Shown here one piece after another: positions 10,635 to 22,891 of a stretch of DNA of 64,000 nt. The notes beneath the pieces are model-generated. The model saw only the letters and a program-made list of their open reading frames with translations, was not told the origin of the DNA and searched no databases. Within the stretch, counting starts at the first letter, position 1. Each line of letters begins with the position of its first letter. The translations under genes and the position numbers were made by a program. The DNA lies in assembly GCF_011045215.1 (NCBI RefSeq), contig NZ_CP049201.1; one strand, 5' to 3'. This stretch comes from Escherichia coli. GTDB taxonomy: Bacteria; Pseudomonadota; Gammaproteobacteria; Enterobacterales; Enterobacteriaceae.

Positions 10635-11617
10635 TATGGAATCAACAGGCTGGAACCTTGCGTCGCCCGGCTTTCCAGAATCTCATGCGCACGCTGCGCA
10701 TCCTTCAGCGGATATTTCTGCTGTTCGGCGACATCGACCTTAATCACACCGCTGGCAATCAAAGAGAACAGTTCATTACTGGCCTCGGTTAATTCCTCCC
10801 GCGTGGTGATATAGCCTTGCAGGGAAGGGCGTGTCACATACAACGAGCCTTTCTGATTGAGAATGCCTAAGTTCACACCGGTAACCGCACCTGATGAGTT
10901 GCCAAAACTCACCATTAAGCCGCGGCGTTGCAGGCAATCCAGCGACCGTTCCCAGGTGTCTCTGCCCACGGAATCGTACACTACGCGCACTTTCTTACCG
11001 CCGGTGATCTCTTTTAACCGCTCGACCAGATTCTCTTCACGATAGTTAATAACCTGCCACGCGCCTGCTTTTAGCGCGCTCTGCGCTTTTTGCGCGGTTC
11101 CTACGGTGCCGATAAGTTTCGCGCCCAGGGCTTTTGCCCACTGGCAGGCAATCAAGCCAACGCCGCCAGCTGCTGCGTGGAACAGGAACTGCTCATCGGG
11201 TTTAATTTCATAGGTTTTGCGCAGCAGATAATAAACCGTTAAGCCTTTCAGGAAGGATGCCGCAGCTTGCTCAAAAGAAATTGCCGCAGGCAGAATCGCC
11301 GCTTTATCCGCAATAATGTTATGCACAGAGCTGTAAGCGCCTAACGCCGACTGCGCATAGACTACACGATCGCCTGCCTTAATATGCTTTACACCACTGC
11401 CGACTTTACTCACGATGCCTGCTGCTTCGGTGCCTAATCCGCTGGGTAGCGATGGCGGCGGGTAAAGGCCGCTGCGGATATACGTGTCGATAAAATTGAT
11501 GCCAATGGCTTTATTTTCGACCTGGATTTCATTCTCCGCCGGATCGGCAGGAGTGAACTCTACGGCTTGAAGTACTTCCGGGCCACCGTGCTTGTGAAAT
11601 TCAATTCGTGTTGCCAT
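10634..11617 (-). CDS. qorA: NADPH:quinone oxidoreductase (zeta-crystallin family)
   Basis: Medium-chain dehydrogenase/reductase sequence with AAGGVG nucleotide-binding motif; start at MATRIEFHKHGGPEV (327 aa), ATG at 11617. Confidence 0.9.
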   Translation of the reverse strand: MATRIEFHKHGGPEVLQAVEFTPADPAENEIQVENKAIGINFIDTYIRSGLYPPPSLPSGLGTEAAGIVSKVGSGVKHIKAGDRVVYAQSALGAYSSVHNIIADKAAILPAAISFEQAAASFLKGLTVYYLLRKTYEIKPDEQFLFHAAAGGVGLIACQWAKALGAKLIGTVGTAQKAQSALKAGAWQVINYREENLVERLKEITGGKKVRVVYDSVGRDTWERSLDCLQRRGLMVSFGNSSGAVTGVNLGILNQKGSLYVTRPSLQGYITTREELTEASNELFSLIASGVIKVDVAEQQKYPLKDAQRAHEILESRATQGSSLLIP

Positions 11618-11699
11618 GTGTCCTCCAGAACGTATCGTCAGGGTCTGCTTCATATGGTAAAGTTTCGACCCATTCTTTATCTCGGTAACTCCATTCACT

Positions 11700-13115
11700 A
11701 TGGCAGGAAATAAACCCTTCAACAAACAGCAGGCTGAACCCCGCGAACGCGATCCACAAGTTGCCGGGCTGAAAGTGCCTCCGCACTCGATCGAAGCGGA
11801 GCAGTCGGTGTTGGGCGGTTTAATGCTGGATAACGAACGCTGGGATGATGTAGCCGAGCGTGTGGTAGCAGACGATTTTTACACCCGCCCACACCGTCAT
11901 ATCTTTACTGAAATGGCGCGTTTGCAGGAAAGCGGTAGTCCTATCGATCTGATTACCCTTGCGGAATCGCTGGAACGCCAGGGGCAACTCGATAGCGTCG
12001 GTGGTTTTGCTTATCTGGCAGAGCTGTCAAAAAATACGCCAAGTGCGGCGAACATCAGTGCCTATGCGGACATCGTGCGTGAACGTGCCGTTGTCCGTGA
12101 GATGATCTCGGTTGCGAATGAGATTGCCGAAGCCGGTTTTGATCCGCAGGGGCGTACCAGCGAAGATCTGCTGGACCTGGCTGAATCCCGCGTCTTTAAA
12201 ATTGCCGAAAGTCGTGCAAACAAAGACGAAGGGCCGAAGAACATCGCCGATGTGCTCGACGCAACCGTGGCGCGTATTGAGCAGTTGTTTCAGCAGCCAC
12301 ACGATGGCGTTACCGGGGTAAACACCGGTTATGACGATCTCAACAAAAAAACCGCTGGCTTGCAGCCGTCGGATTTGATCATCGTCGCCGCGCGTCCGTC
12401 GATGGGTAAAACAACATTTGCGATGAACCTCGTCGAAAACGCGGCGATGTTGCAGGATAAACCGGTACTTATCTTCTCGCTGGAGATGCCATCAGAACAG
12501 ATTATGATGCGTTCTCTGGCGTCGCTGTCGCGCGTTGACCAGACTAAAATCCGTACCGGGCAGCTCGATGATGAAGACTGGGCGCGCATTTCCGGCACCA
12601 TGGGTATTTTGCTCGAAAAACGTAATATCTATATCGATGACTCCTCCGGCCTGACGCCAACGGAAGTGCGTTCCCGCGCGCGCCGTATTGCCCGTGAACA
12701 CGGCGGCATCGGGCTTATCATGATCGACTACCTGCAACTGATGCGCGTACCGGCGCTTTCCGATAACCGTACGCTGGAAATTGCAGAAATCTCCCGCTCG
12801 CTGAAAGCACTGGCGAAAGAACTGAACGTGCCGGTGGTGGCGCTGTCCCAGTTGAACCGTTCTCTGGAACAACGTGCCGACAAACGCCCGGTCAACTCCG
12901 ACCTGCGTGAATCTGGCTCTATCGAGCAGGATGCGGACTTGATCATGTTTATCTATCGTGATGAGGTGTATCACGAAAACAGTGATTTAAAAGGCATCGC
13001 GGAAATTATTATCGGTAAACAACGTAACGGCCCAATCGGGACGGTACGCCTGACCTTTAACGGTCAATGGTCGCGCTTCGACAACTATGCGGGGCCGCAG
13101 TACGACGACGAATAA
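11700..13115 (+). CDS. dnaB: replicative DNA helicase
   Basis: 471-aa ORF with Walker A (ARPSMGKT) and DnaB helicase motifs; recognised as E. coli DnaB. Confidence 0.97.
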   Translation: MAGNKPFNKQQAEPRERDPQVAGLKVPPHSIEAEQSVLGGLMLDNERWDDVAERVVADDFYTRPHRHIFTEMARLQESGSPIDLITLAESLERQGQLDSVGGFAYLAELSKNTPSAANISAYADIVRERAVVREMISVANEIAEAGFDPQGRTSEDLLDLAESRVFKIAESRANKDEGPKNIADVLDATVARIEQLFQQPHDGVTGVNTGYDDLNKKTAGLQPSDLIIVAARPSMGKTTFAMNLVENAAMLQDKPVLIFSLEMPSEQIMMRSLASLSRVDQTKIRTGQLDDEDWARISGTMGILLEKRNIYIDDSSGLTPTEVRSRARRIAREHGGIGLIMIDYLQLMRVPALSDNRTLEIAEISRSLKALAKELNVPVVALSQLNRSLEQRADKRPVNSDLRESGSIEQDADLIMFIYRDEVYHENSDLKGIAEIIIGKQRNGPIGTVRLTFNGQWSRFDNYAGPQYDDE

Positions 13116-13167
13116 TAATTATTTTATGAATTAGGTAATTAAAGCAAACACTTATCAAGGAACACAA

Positions 13168-14247
13168 ATGCAAGCGGCAACTGTTGTGATTAACCGCCGC
13201 GCTCTGCGACACAACCTGCAACGTCTTCGTGAACTGGCACCTGCCAGTAAAATGGTTGCGGTGGTGAAAGCGAACGCTTATGGTCACGGTCTTCTTGAGA
13301 CCGCGCGAACGCTCCCTGATGCTGACGCCTTTGGCGTAGCCCGTCTCGAAGAAGCTCTGCGACTGCGTGCGGGGGGAATCACCAAACCTGTACTGTTACT
13401 CGAAGGCTTTTTTGATGCCAGAGATCTGCCGACGATTTCTGCGCAACATTTTCATACCGCCGTGCATAACGAAGAACAGCTGGCTGCGCTGGAAGAGGCT
13501 AGCCTGGACGAGCCGGTTACCGTCTGGATGAAACTCGATACCGGTATGCACCGTCTGGGCGTAAGGCCGGAACAGGCTGAGGCGTTTTATCATCGCCTGA
13601 CCCAGTGCAAAAACGTTCGTCAGCCGGTGAATATCGTCAGCCATTTTGCGCGCGCGGATGAACCAAAATGTGGCGCAACCGAGAAACAACTCGCTATCTT
13701 TAATACCTTTTGCGAAGGCAAACCAGGTCAACGTTCCATTGCCGCGTCGGGTGGCATTCTGCTGTGGCCACAGTCGCATTTTGACTGGGTGCGCCCGGGC
13801 ATCATTCTTTATGGCGTCTCGCCGCTGGAAGATCGCTCCACCGGTGCCGATTTTGGCTGTCAGCCAGTGATGTCACTAACCTCCAGCCTGATTGCCGTGC
13901 GTGAGCATAAAGTCGGAGAGCCTGTCGGTTATGGTGGAACCTGGATAAGCGAACGTGATACTCGTCTTGGTGTAGTTGCGATGGGCTATGGCGATGGTTA
14001 TCCGCGCGCCGCGCCGTCTGGTACGCCAGTGCTGGTGAACGGTCGCGAAGTGCCGATTGTCGGGCGAGTCGCGATGGATATGATCTGCGTAGACTTAGGT
14101 CCACAGGCACAGGATAAAGCCGGGGACCCGGTCATTTTGTGGGGTGAAGGTTTGCCCGTAGAACGTATCGCTGAAATGACGAAAGTAAGCGCTTACGAAC
14201 TTATTACGCGCCTGACTTCAAGGGTCGCGATGAAATACGTGGATTAA
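13168..14247 (+). CDS. alr: alanine racemase (biosynthetic)
   Basis: 359-aa ORF with PLP-lysine motif ([10 protein letters not shown]). Confidence 0.95.
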   Translation: MQAATVVINRRALRHNLQRLRELAPASKMVAVVKANAYGHGLLETARTLPDADAFGVARLEEALRLRAGGITKPVLLLEGFFDARDLPTISAQHFHTAVHNEEQLAALEEASLDEPVTVWMKLDTGMHRLGVRPEQAEAFYHRLTQCKNVRQPVNIVSHFARADEPKCGATEKQLAIFNTFCEGKPGQRSIAASGGILLWPQSHFDWVRPGIILYGVSPLEDRSTGADFGCQPVMSLTSSLIAVREHKVGEPVGYGGTWISERDTRLGVVAMGYGDGYPRAAPSGTPVLVNGREVPIVGRVAMDMICVDLGPQAQDKAGDPVILWGEGLPVERIAEMTKVSAYELITRLTSRVAMKYVD

Positions 14248-14273
14248 TCGTTCTGTAATATTTGATTGTCTGT

Positions 14274-14304
14274 GCCGGATGCGGCGTGAATGCCTTATCC
14301 GGCC
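14274..14304. repeat. REP element
   Basis: gccggatgcggcgtgaatgccttatccggcc palindromic unit after alr. Confidence 0.6.
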
Positions 14305-14499
14305 AATAAAATCCTACCAATTCAATAAGTTGATATTCTTTCATGCTCTTATAAAGGTCGTGCCTCTGGCGGATGTACGTTTGTCATGAGTCTCACTCTG
14401 TTGCTAATTGCCGTTCGCCCCTGAACATCCACTCGATCTTCGCCTTCTTCCGGTTTATTGTGTTTTAACCACCTGCCCGTAAACCTGGAGAACCATCGC

Positions 14500-15693
14500 G
14501 TGTTTCAAAAAGTTGACGCCTACGCTGGCGACCCGATTCTTACGCTTATGGAGCGTTTTAAAGAAGACCCTCGCAGCGACAAAGTGAATTTAAGTATCGG
14601 TCTGTACTACAACGAAGACGGAATTATTCCACAATTGAAAGCCGTGGCTGATGCAGAAGCGCGCCTGAATGCGGTGCCTCATGGCGCTTCGCTTTATTTA
14701 CCGATGGAAGGGCTTAACAGCTATCGCCATGCCATTGCGCCGCTGCTGTTTGGTGCCGACCATCCGGTACTGCAACAACAGCGCGTAGCAACCATTCAAA
14801 CCCTTGGCGGCTCAGGGGCATTGAAAGTGGGCGCGGATTTCCTGAAACGCTACTTTCCGGAATCAGGCGTCTGGGTCAGCGATCCTACCTGGGAAAACCA
14901 CGTAGCAATATTCGCCGGGGCTGGATTCGAAGTAAGTACTTACCCCTGGTATGACGAAGCGACTAACGGCGTGCGCTTTAATGACCTGTTGGCGATGCTG
15001 AAAACATTACCTGCCCGCAGTATTGTGTTGCTGCATCCATGTTGCCACAACCCAACGGGTGCCGATCTCACTAATGACCAGTGGGATGCGGTGATTGAAA
15101 TTCTCAAAGCCCGCGAGCTTATCCCATTCCTTGATATTGCCTATCAAGGATTTGGTGCCGGTATGGAAGAGGATGCCTACGCCATTCGCGCCATTGCCAG
15201 CGCTGGATTACCCGCTCTGGTGAGCAATTCGTTCTCGAAAATTTTCTCCCTTTACGGCGAGCGCGTTGGCGGACTTTCTGTTCTGTGTGAAGATGCCGAA
15301 GCTGCAGGCCGCGTACTGGGGCAATTGAAAGCAACAGTTCGCCGCAACTACTCCAGCCCGCCGAATTTTGGTGCGCAGGTGGTGGCTGCGGTGCTGAATG
15401 ACGAGGCATTGAAAGCCAGCTGGCTGGCGGAAGTAGAAGAGATGCGTACTCGCATTCTGGCAATGCGTCAGGAACTGGTGAAGGTATTGAGCACAGAGAT
15501 GCCAGAACGCAATTTCGATTATCTGCTTAATCAGCGCGGCATGTTCAGTTATACAGGTTTAAGTGCCGCTCAGGTTGACCGACTACGTGAGGAGTTTGGT
15601 GTTTATCTCATCGCCAGCGGTCGCATGTGTGTCGCCGGGTTAAATACGGCAAATGTACAACGTGTGGCAAAGGCGTTTGCTGCGGTGATGTAA
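14500..15693 (+). CDS. tyrB: aromatic amino acid aminotransferase
   Basis: Class I aminotransferase sequence; track ORF begins further upstream, but GTG at 14500 preceded by GGAG gives 397 aa [12 protein letters not shown]... Confidence 0.92.
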   Translation: MFQKVDAYAGDPILTLMERFKEDPRSDKVNLSIGLYYNEDGIIPQLKAVADAEARLNAVPHGASLYLPMEGLNSYRHAIAPLLFGADHPVLQQQRVATIQTLGGSGALKVGADFLKRYFPESGVWVSDPTWENHVAIFAGAGFEVSTYPWYDEATNGVRFNDLLAMLKTLPARSIVLLHPCCHNPTGADLTNDQWDAVIEILKARELIPFLDIAYQGFGAGMEEDAYAIRAIASAGLPALVSNSFSKIFSLYGERVGGLSVLCEDAEAAGRVLGQLKATVRRNYSSPPNFGAQVVAAVLNDEALKASWLAEVEEMRTRILAMRQELVKVLSTEMPERNFDYLLNQRGMFSYTGLSAAQVDRLREEFGVYLIASGRMCVAGLNTANVQRVAKAFAAVM

Positions 15694-15913
15694 TGCAGGA
15701 AAGCAGGCTGGAGTTACCCAGCCTGCAGTGAAATTAAACTGTCGTCGCTTTCACTCTTTCTTTATAGATGATTTTTTTGATGCCATCGTTCTACGTAAGA
15801 GATAATAAACGTTGTTAGTTCTTTTATTGTTAAGATTATCCTAATTATCTGGAATTCCTTATCCTGTTTTTTGTGTGGGGTAATAATTTCTGCATTTCTA
15901 ATCATTATTAAAC

Positions 15914-16417
15914 TTAATAATAAGTGCCGGGTTTGTTACGATAGTATTCTGCTATATCCTTAAGAATATGCTTTGCCTTATTGCCTGTGACTTTCTGACA
16001 TTCAATTATAGTATCGTTAAATTCTAAAGTTAAAGAGAACTCATCTTTTCCGCTTTGTGTAAGTTTAACCTTATATTGATTACCGATATCAAATGAAAAG
16101 GTCCTGTAATGAGAATAATCACCTTTAACCTCCTCGGCAAAACAGCAAAGCGTACAAATATACATACAATCTTTCTTTCCCCTGATTTTGTTAACTAAAT
16201 CAATAAAAGCGTGAAAAACTGTACTTGCAATAGAACTTGATACTTCTTCTCCAGGTCTACAAAAATCTTTTGCAATTTTTAACTGTATTTCTATGTATAA
16301 AAAGAAATCTTTGGCATAAGAAAAATCTTTGGTATAAGAGATATCTTTATTATTTAGTGCATCTAGCTCAACAGGTAAAGATGTCGTTTTGTTGCTATTC
16401 ACATATGATATATTCAT
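15914..16417 (-). CDS. hypothetical protein, AT-rich orphan ORF (yjbS locus)
   Basis: Minus ORF 15914..16456 (180 aa); internal ATG at 16417 has a strong AAGGAGA RBS 7-13 nt upstream, giving 167 aa; low GC; no recognisable domain. Confidence 0.5.
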   Translation of the reverse strand: MNISYVNSNKTTSLPVELDALNNKDISYTKDFSYAKDFFLYIEIQLKIAKDFCRPGEEVSSSIASTVFHAFIDLVNKIRGKKDCMYICTLCCFAEEVKGDYSHYRTFSFDIGNQYKVKLTQSGKDEFSLTLEFNDTIIECQKVTGNKAKHILKDIAEYYRNKPGTYY

Positions 16418-16555
16418 GTCATCATCTCCTTCGAGAGTAATAAAATTAGTCACCATTGTATGGTAGGGTTCTGGTCAATCAGAAATCATCTTTATAAAAA
16501 TGTTATTTTATAAACTTCGATTGTTTTTGTAATGCTGTATCATTAAGTTCATTAA

Positions 16556-17548
<993 letters not shown>

Positions 17549-17554
17549 CAGAGC

Positions 17555-17591
17555 GGGAGAGCGTGACACTCTCCCGAATGCTGTTTTTTTA
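17555..17591 (+). terminator. rho-independent terminator after aphA
   Basis: hairpin gggagagcgtgacactctccc followed by a run of 7 T. Confidence 0.7.
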
Positions 17592-17658
17592 ATCACACCT
17601 TTATCCTTTCGCTGTCTTGCTGCAAACTGATTAAGAGAGTTTTATCAAGGAGCAGCAC

Positions 17659-18075
17659 ATGTGGTATCAAAAGACGCTCACGCTTAGCGCCAAATCTCGT
17701 GGGTTTCATCTGGTAACGGATGAAATTCTGAATCAGCTGGCTGATATGCCGCGCGTTAACATCGGCTTACTGCATCTGTTGCTGCAACATACCTCCGCCT
17801 CTCTGACACTTAATGAGAACTGCGATCCCACCGTACGCCACGACATGGAGCGTTTTTTCCTCCGCACCGTTCCCGACAACGGAAATTATGAGCATGACTA
17901 TGAGGGAGCAGACGATATGCCTTCTCATATCAAATCCTCAATGCTGGGAACATCGCTTGTATTGCCGGTGCATAAAGGGCGTATTCAGACCGGCACCTGG
18001 CAAGGCATTTGGCTGGGGGAACATCGCATCCACGGCGGATCGCGTCGCATCATCGCGACACTACAAGGGGAGTAA
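17659..18075 (+). CDS. yjbQ: UPF0047-family protein
   Basis: 138-aa ORF recognised as YjbQ. Confidence 0.88.
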
Positions 18076-18078
18076 AAA

Positions 18079-18435
18079 ATGACCATTTCGGAGTTGCTAC
18101 AATATTGCATGGCAAAACCAGGCGCAGAACAGAGCGTGCATAACGACTGGAAAGCGACGCAGATCAAAGTGGAAGATGTACTGTTTGCGATGGTGAAAGA
18201 AGTAGAAAATCGCCCAGCTGTTTCGCTGAAAACCAGCCCGGAGCTGGCGGAGCTGCTACGTCAGCAGCACAGCGATGTGCGTCCAAGCCGCCATCTGAAT
18301 AAAGCGCACTGGAGCACCGTGTATCTCGACGGTTCGCTGCCAGATTCGCAAATCTATTATCTGGTGGATGCGTCTTATCAGCAGGCGGTGAATTTACTGC
18401 CGGAAGAAAAACGTAAATTGCTGGTGCAACTCTGA
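18079..18435 (+). CDS. yjbR: MmcQ/YjbR-family protein
   Basis: 118-aa ORF 3 bp after yjbQ stop. Confidence 0.88.
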   Translation: MTISELLQYCMAKPGAEQSVHNDWKATQIKVEDVLFAMVKEVENRPAVSLKTSPELAELLRQQHSDVRPSRHLNKAHWSTVYLDGSLPDSQIYYLVDASYQQAVNLLPEEKRKLLVQL

Positions 18436-18442
18436 AAGGAAA

Positions 18443-18466
18443 AGGCCGCTCGGAAAGCGGCCTTAA
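18443..18466. terminator. hairpin between convergent yjbR and uvrA
   Basis: aaggccgctcggaaagcggcctt perfect stem-loop. Confidence 0.5.
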
Positions 18467-18469
18467 CGA

Positions 18470-21292
18470 TTACAGCATCGGCTTGAGGAAGCGTGCCGTA
18501 TGCGAAGCTTCGCACTCCGCGACGGTTTCTGGCGTACCGGAGACGAGGATTTCGCCGCCGCCACTGCCGCCTTCTGGTCCCAGGTCGACAATCCAGTCAG
18601 CGGTTTTGATCACGTCGAGATTGTGCTCAATCACCACAATGGTGTTGCCCTGATCGCGCAGTTTATGCAGTACGTCGAGCAGTTGCTGAATATCGGCGAA
18701 GTGCAGACCGGTGGTCGGCTCGTCGAGAATATACAGCGTCTGCCCAGTGCCGCGTTTTGACAGCTCACGCGCCAGCTTCACGCGCTGGGCTTCACCACCA
18801 GAAAGTGTGGTTGCGGACTGCCCCAGGCGAATGTACGTCAGACCAACGTCCATCAACGTTTGCAGCTTACGCGCCAGAGCTGGCACCGCATCAAAGAACT
18901 CACGCGCCTCTTCGATGGTCATATCCAGCACTTCGTGGATGGTTTTGCCTTTGTACTTAATCTCCAGCGTTTCACGGTTATAGCGTTTACCTTTGCACTG
19001 GTCGCACGGCACGTAGATATCCGGCAGGAAGTGCATCTCCACTTTGATCACGCCATCGCCCTGACAGGCCTCGCAGCGTCCGCCACGAACGTTAAAGCTG
19101 AAACGTCCCGGCGTATAGCCGCGCGCACGGGATTCCGGTACGCCCGCAAACAGTTCGCGCACAGGCGTAAACACGCCGGTATAGGTCGCCGGGTTAGAAC
19201 GCGGAGTACGACCAATTGGGCTTTGGTCGATATCGATCACTTTGTCGAAATGCTCCAGTCCCTGAATATCGCGATACGGTGCCGGTTCGGCGATGGTCGC
19301 ACCATTCAACTGGCGTTGGGCAATCGGGAACAGTGTGTCGTTAATCAGCGTCGATTTACCGGAACCTGAAACCCCTGTGATGCAGGTAAACAGACCGACT
19401 GGCAGCGTCAGCGTCACGTCTTTCAGGTTATTACCGCGTGCGCCTGTCAGCTTCAGCACTTTTTCCGGATTCGCCGGAACGCGTTTCTTCGGCACTTCAA
19501 TCTTGCGTTTACCGCTCATGTACTGTCCGGTTAACGACTCCGGCACCGCCATAATCGCTTCCAGTGGACCTTCCGCAACCACTTCACCGCCGTGTACACC
19601 TGCGCCCGGGCCAATGTCGATCACATGGTCAGCGGCGCGAATCGCGTCTTCGTCGTGCTCCACCACAATCACGGTATTACCGAGATCGCGCAGATGGATA
19701 AGCGTACCCAACAGGCGCTCGTTATCGCGCTGGTGCAGGCCGATAGACGGCTCGTCCAGCACGTACATAACGCCAACCAGGCCCGCACCAATCTGGCTCG
19801 CCAGACGAATACGCTGTGCTTCACCGCCAGAAAGCGTTTCTGCCGAGCGGGAAAGCGTCAGGTAATTCAGGCCGACGTTAACGAGGAATTTCAAACGATC
19901 GCCGATCTCTTTAAGAATTTTTTCCGCAATCTTCGCCCGCTGACCTGCGAGTTTGAGATTGTTGAAGAATTCCATCGCATGACCGATGCTCATGTCGGAG
20001 ATAGCGGGCAGCGGCGTATTCTCGACATACACGTGGCGCGCTTCCCGACGCAGACGCGTTCCTTCGCAGCTGGCGCACGGGCGATTGCTGATAAACTTGG
20101 CTAATTCTTCGCGTACCGCGCTGGACTCCGTCTCTTTATAACGGCGCTCCATATTGTGCAGCACGCCTTCGAACGGATGACGACGAATGGAGGTATCGCC
20201 ACGATCGTTCATGTATTTGAATTCAATGTTTTCTTTGCCAGAACCGTACAACACCACTTTATGCACGTTCGCGCTCAGGCTGCCCCACGGCGCTTCGACG
20301 TCGAACTTATAGTGATCTGCCAGCGATTTCAGCATCTGAAAATAATAGAAGTTGCGGCGATCCCAGCCACGGATCGCACCACCTGCCAGCGACAGTTCCG
20401 GATTCTGGATCACGCGGTCAGGATCGAAATATTGCTGTACGCCAAGGCCGTCACAGGTCGGGCAGGCACCTGCCGGGTTGTTAAACGAAAACAGTCGCGG
20501 CTCCAGTTCACGCATACTGTAGCCGCAAATTGGGCAGGCGAAGTTGGCGGAGAACAGCAGCTCTTCCGCTTTCGGGTCGTCCATGTCCGCCACTACCGCG
20601 GTACCACCGGAAAGCTCCAGCGCGGTTTCAAACGACTCGGCCAGACGTTGGGTAAGATCGTCACGCACCTTGAAGCGATCAACCACCACTTCAATGGTAT
20701 GTTTCTTTTGCAGTTCCAGTTTCGGCGGATCGGAAAGATCGCAGACTTCGCCATCAATACGAGCACGGATGTAACCCTGGCTTGCCAGGTTCTCCAGCGT
20801 TTTGGTGTGTTCGCCTTTGCGCTCTTTAATGATTGGCGCGAGCAGCATCAGACGCTTGCCTTCCGGCTGCGACAGCACGTTATCCACCATCTGGCTGACG
20901 GTTTGCGCCGCCAGCGGGACGTCGTGGTCCGGGCAACGCGGTTCGCCGACGCGGGCGAACAACAAACGCAAATAGTCGTGGATTTCGGTGATTGTCCCCA
21001 CCGTAGAACGCGGGTTATGAGACGTCGATTTCTGCTCGATTGAGATGGCAGGAGAAAGCCCCTCAATATGATCGACGTCCGGCTTTTCCATCAGTGACAG
21101 AAACTGCCGCGCGTAGGCGGAAAGGGATTCAACGTAACGGCGCTGCCCTTCGGCATATAAGGTGTCGAAAGCGAGCGAGGATTTGCCAGAACCCGAAAGC
21201 CCGGTCACGACAATGAGCTTGTCGCGGGGGATAACGAGGTTGATGTTTTTGAGATTATGGGTGCGGGCGCCCCGAACTTCGATCTTATCCAT
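18470..21292 (-). CDS. uvrA: excinuclease ABC subunit A
   Basis: 940-aa ORF with two ABC ATPase modules ([20 protein letters not shown]) and zinc-finger Cys clusters. Confidence 0.97.
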   Translation of the reverse strand: MDKIEVRGARTHNLKNINLVIPRDKLIVVTGLSGSGKSSLAFDTLYAEGQRRYVESLSAYARQFLSLMEKPDVDHIEGLSPAISIEQKSTSHNPRSTVGTITEIHDYLRLLFARVGEPRCPDHDVPLAAQTVSQMVDNVLSQPEGKRLMLLAPIIKERKGEHTKTLENLASQGYIRARIDGEVCDLSDPPKLELQKKHTIEVVVDRFKVRDDLTQRLAESFETALELSGGTAVVADMDDPKAEELLFSANFACPICGYSMRELEPRLFSFNNPAGACPTCDGLGVQQYFDPDRVIQNPELSLAGGAIRGWDRRNFYYFQMLKSLADHYKFDVEAPWGSLSANVHKVVLYGSGKENIEFKYMNDRGDTSIRRHPFEGVLHNMERRYKETESSAVREELAKFISNRPCASCEGTRLRREARHVYVENTPLPAISDMSIGHAMEFFNNLKLAGQRAKIAEKILKEIGDRLKFLVNVGLNYLTLSRSAETLSGGEAQRIRLASQIGAGLVGVMYVLDEPSIGLHQRDNERLLGTLIHLRDLGNTVIVVEHDEDAIRAADHVIDIGPGAGVHGGEVVAEGPLEAIMAVPESLTGQYMSGKRKIEVPKKRVPANPEKVLKLTGARGNNLKDVTLTLPVGLFTCITGVSGSGKSTLINDTLFPIAQRQLNGATIAEPAPYRDIQGLEHFDKVIDIDQSPIGRTPRSNPATYTGVFTPVRELFAGVPESRARGYTPGRFSFNVRGGRCEACQGDGVIKVEMHFLPDIYVPCDQCKGKRYNRETLEIKYKGKTIHEVLDMTIEEAREFFDAVPALARKLQTLMDVGLTYIRLGQSATTLSGGEAQRVKLARELSKRGTGQTLYILDEPTTGLHFADIQQLLDVLHKLRDQGNTIVVIEHNLDVIKTADWIVDLGPEGGSGGGEILVSGTPETVAECEASHTARFLKPML

Positions 21293-21377
21293 TCACCTTT
21301 CCCGGATTAAACGCTTTTTTGCCCGGTGGCATGGTGCTACCGGCGATCACAAACGGTTAATTATGACACAAATTGAC

Positions 21378-21393
21378 CTGAATGAATATACAG
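21378..21393. promoter_or_regulatory. LexA operator in the divergent uvrA/ssb promoter region
   Basis: CTGAATGAATATACAG (CTGTATATTCATTCAG on minus strand) matches the SOS box consensus. Confidence 0.8.
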
Positions 21394-21546
21394 TATTGGA
21401 ATGCATTACCCGGAGTGTTGTGTAACAATGTCTGGCCAGGTTTGTTTCCCGGAACCGAGGTCACAACATAGTAAAAGCGCTATTGGTAATGGTACAATCG
21501 CGCGTTTACACTTATTCAGAACGATTTTTTTTCAGGAGACACGAAC

Positions 21547-22083
21547 ATGGCCAGCAGAGGCGTAAACAAGGTTATTCTCGTTGGTAATCTGGGTCAGGAC
21601 CCGGAAGTACGCTACATGCCAAATGGTGGCGCAGTTGCCAACATTACGCTGGCTACTTCCGAATCCTGGCGTGATAAAGCGACCGGCGAGATGAAAGAGC
21701 AGACTGAATGGCACCGCGTTGTGCTGTTCGGCAAACTGGCAGAAGTGGCCAGCGAATATCTGCGTAAAGGTTCTCAGGTTTATATCGAAGGTCAGCTGCG
21801 TACCCGTAAATGGACCGATCAATCCGGTCAGGATCGCTACACCACAGAAGTTGTGGTGAACGTTGGCGGCACTATGCAGATGCTGGGTGGTCGTCAGGGT
21901 GGTGGCGCTCCTGCAGGTGGCAATATCGGTGGTGGTCAGCCGCAGGGCGGTTGGGGTCAGCCTCAGCAGCCGCAGGGTGGCAATCAGTTCAGCGGCGGCG
22001 CGCAGTCTCGCCCGCAGCAGTCCGCTCCGGCAGCGCCGTCTAACGAGCCGCCGATGGACTTTGATGACGATATTCCGTTCTGA
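21547..22083 (+). CDS. ssb: single-stranded DNA-binding protein
   Basis: 178-aa ORF, OB-fold N-terminus, Gly/Gln-rich linker and acidic tail DFDDDIPF. Confidence 0.97.
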   Translation: MASRGVNKVILVGNLGQDPEVRYMPNGGAVANITLATSESWRDKATGEMKEQTEWHRVVLFGKLAEVASEYLRKGSQVYIEGQLRTRKWTDQSGQDRYTTEVVVNVGGTMQMLGGRQGGGAPAGGNIGGGQPQGGWGQPQQPQGGNQFSGGAQSRPQQSAPAAPSNEPPMDFDDDIPF

Positions 22084-22140
22084 TTTGTCATTAAAACAAT
22101 AGGTTATATTGTTTTAAGGTGGATGATTAAAGCATCTGCC

Positions 22141-22176
22141 AGCCATAAAAAAGAAGCCTCCGTTATGGAGGCTTCT
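22141..22176 (-). terminator. rho-independent terminator downstream of yjcB
   Basis: hairpin agaagcctccgttatggaggcttct with T-run on the minus strand. Confidence 0.55.
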
Positions 22177-22181
22177 ACGTA

Positions 22182-22463
22182 TCAGGTCAAAATCATTGGC
22201 CATTGTGGCGGTGTCTGATTCATCTCTTCTATCATCACCGACTCGATGTTGTGCCAGATGGCGGTGATGTCCGCCATTGTGATGCCAAGCAACCCCATTG
22301 CGAACCAGCAGGCGGAAACCACGCCCAGACCGCTGCTGATCACTGCAAGTCCGACATAATCAGACCGACGAAAACGGATGTTGAGCGTGCTGGCCAGAAA
22401 CATCATTACGGCACTAAGAAGTTGCCAGCGAAGAAGAACCACGCCAGTGGTGAGGGTAGCCAT
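22182..22463 (-). CDS. yjcB: small inner-membrane protein
   Basis: Start taken at MATLTTGVVLLRW (93 aa) within the 126-aa track ORF; two TM helices. Confidence 0.75.
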   Translation of the reverse strand: MATLTTGVVLLRWQLLSAVMMFLASTLNIRFRRSDYVGLAVISSGLGVVSACWFAMGLLGITMADITAIWHNIESVMIEEMNQTPPQWPMILT

Positions 22464-22891
22464 CAAACAATTCCTCTGAAAAGAGCCGATGCCCTGGACA
22501 GCGCGGCGTTGTTCACGGGAGGCGTGGTACACTCTGGCTATCGCGGGGCTTGCAGAACACAAAAATGAAACACTCTGTTTGTTTCATTAATTTTGTGAAC
22601 TATATCACAATTGATTGTTTGTTAGCCAGATTAGGTCGTGACTTTTATTGCTGTACAGATTATGTGGTTTTTCAGTGGCATTAAGGGTATATCTTCCCGC
22701 CGCCTCTGCATTCCTGTAGAAAATTAATTTTGAATATCAATGAATTATTTTCATCCAGGTGACGATTAGAAAGGTATCAATTTCAAATCAGGCAAAAGTG
22801 CTATTTATACCGTAAGATTTATCTAAAGACGTCGGTACCCAGGGTTTCACCTTGCAATGGCCGGGTATAAACAGGCAGGAAAATGATAGCA

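Noticed and set aside
15703-15726. Hairpin gcaggctggagttacccagcctgc after tyrB as an intrinsic terminator
   Set aside because: Stable stem but followed by AGTGAAATT rather than a U-tract; termination function uncertain.
20156-21043. 295-aa plus-strand ORF inside uvrA, and similar long antisense ORFs inside acs (33091..34176), nrfA (35715..36533), ghxP (26019..26915, 26623..27501), yjcS (51575..52858) and the phn genes (e.g. 59898..60335, 62760..63599)
   Set aside because: Each lies entirely antisense to a well-supported conserved gene in GC-rich DNA, has no RBS context and gives an Arg/Ala-rich low-complexity translation typical of open antisense frames; treated as artefacts.
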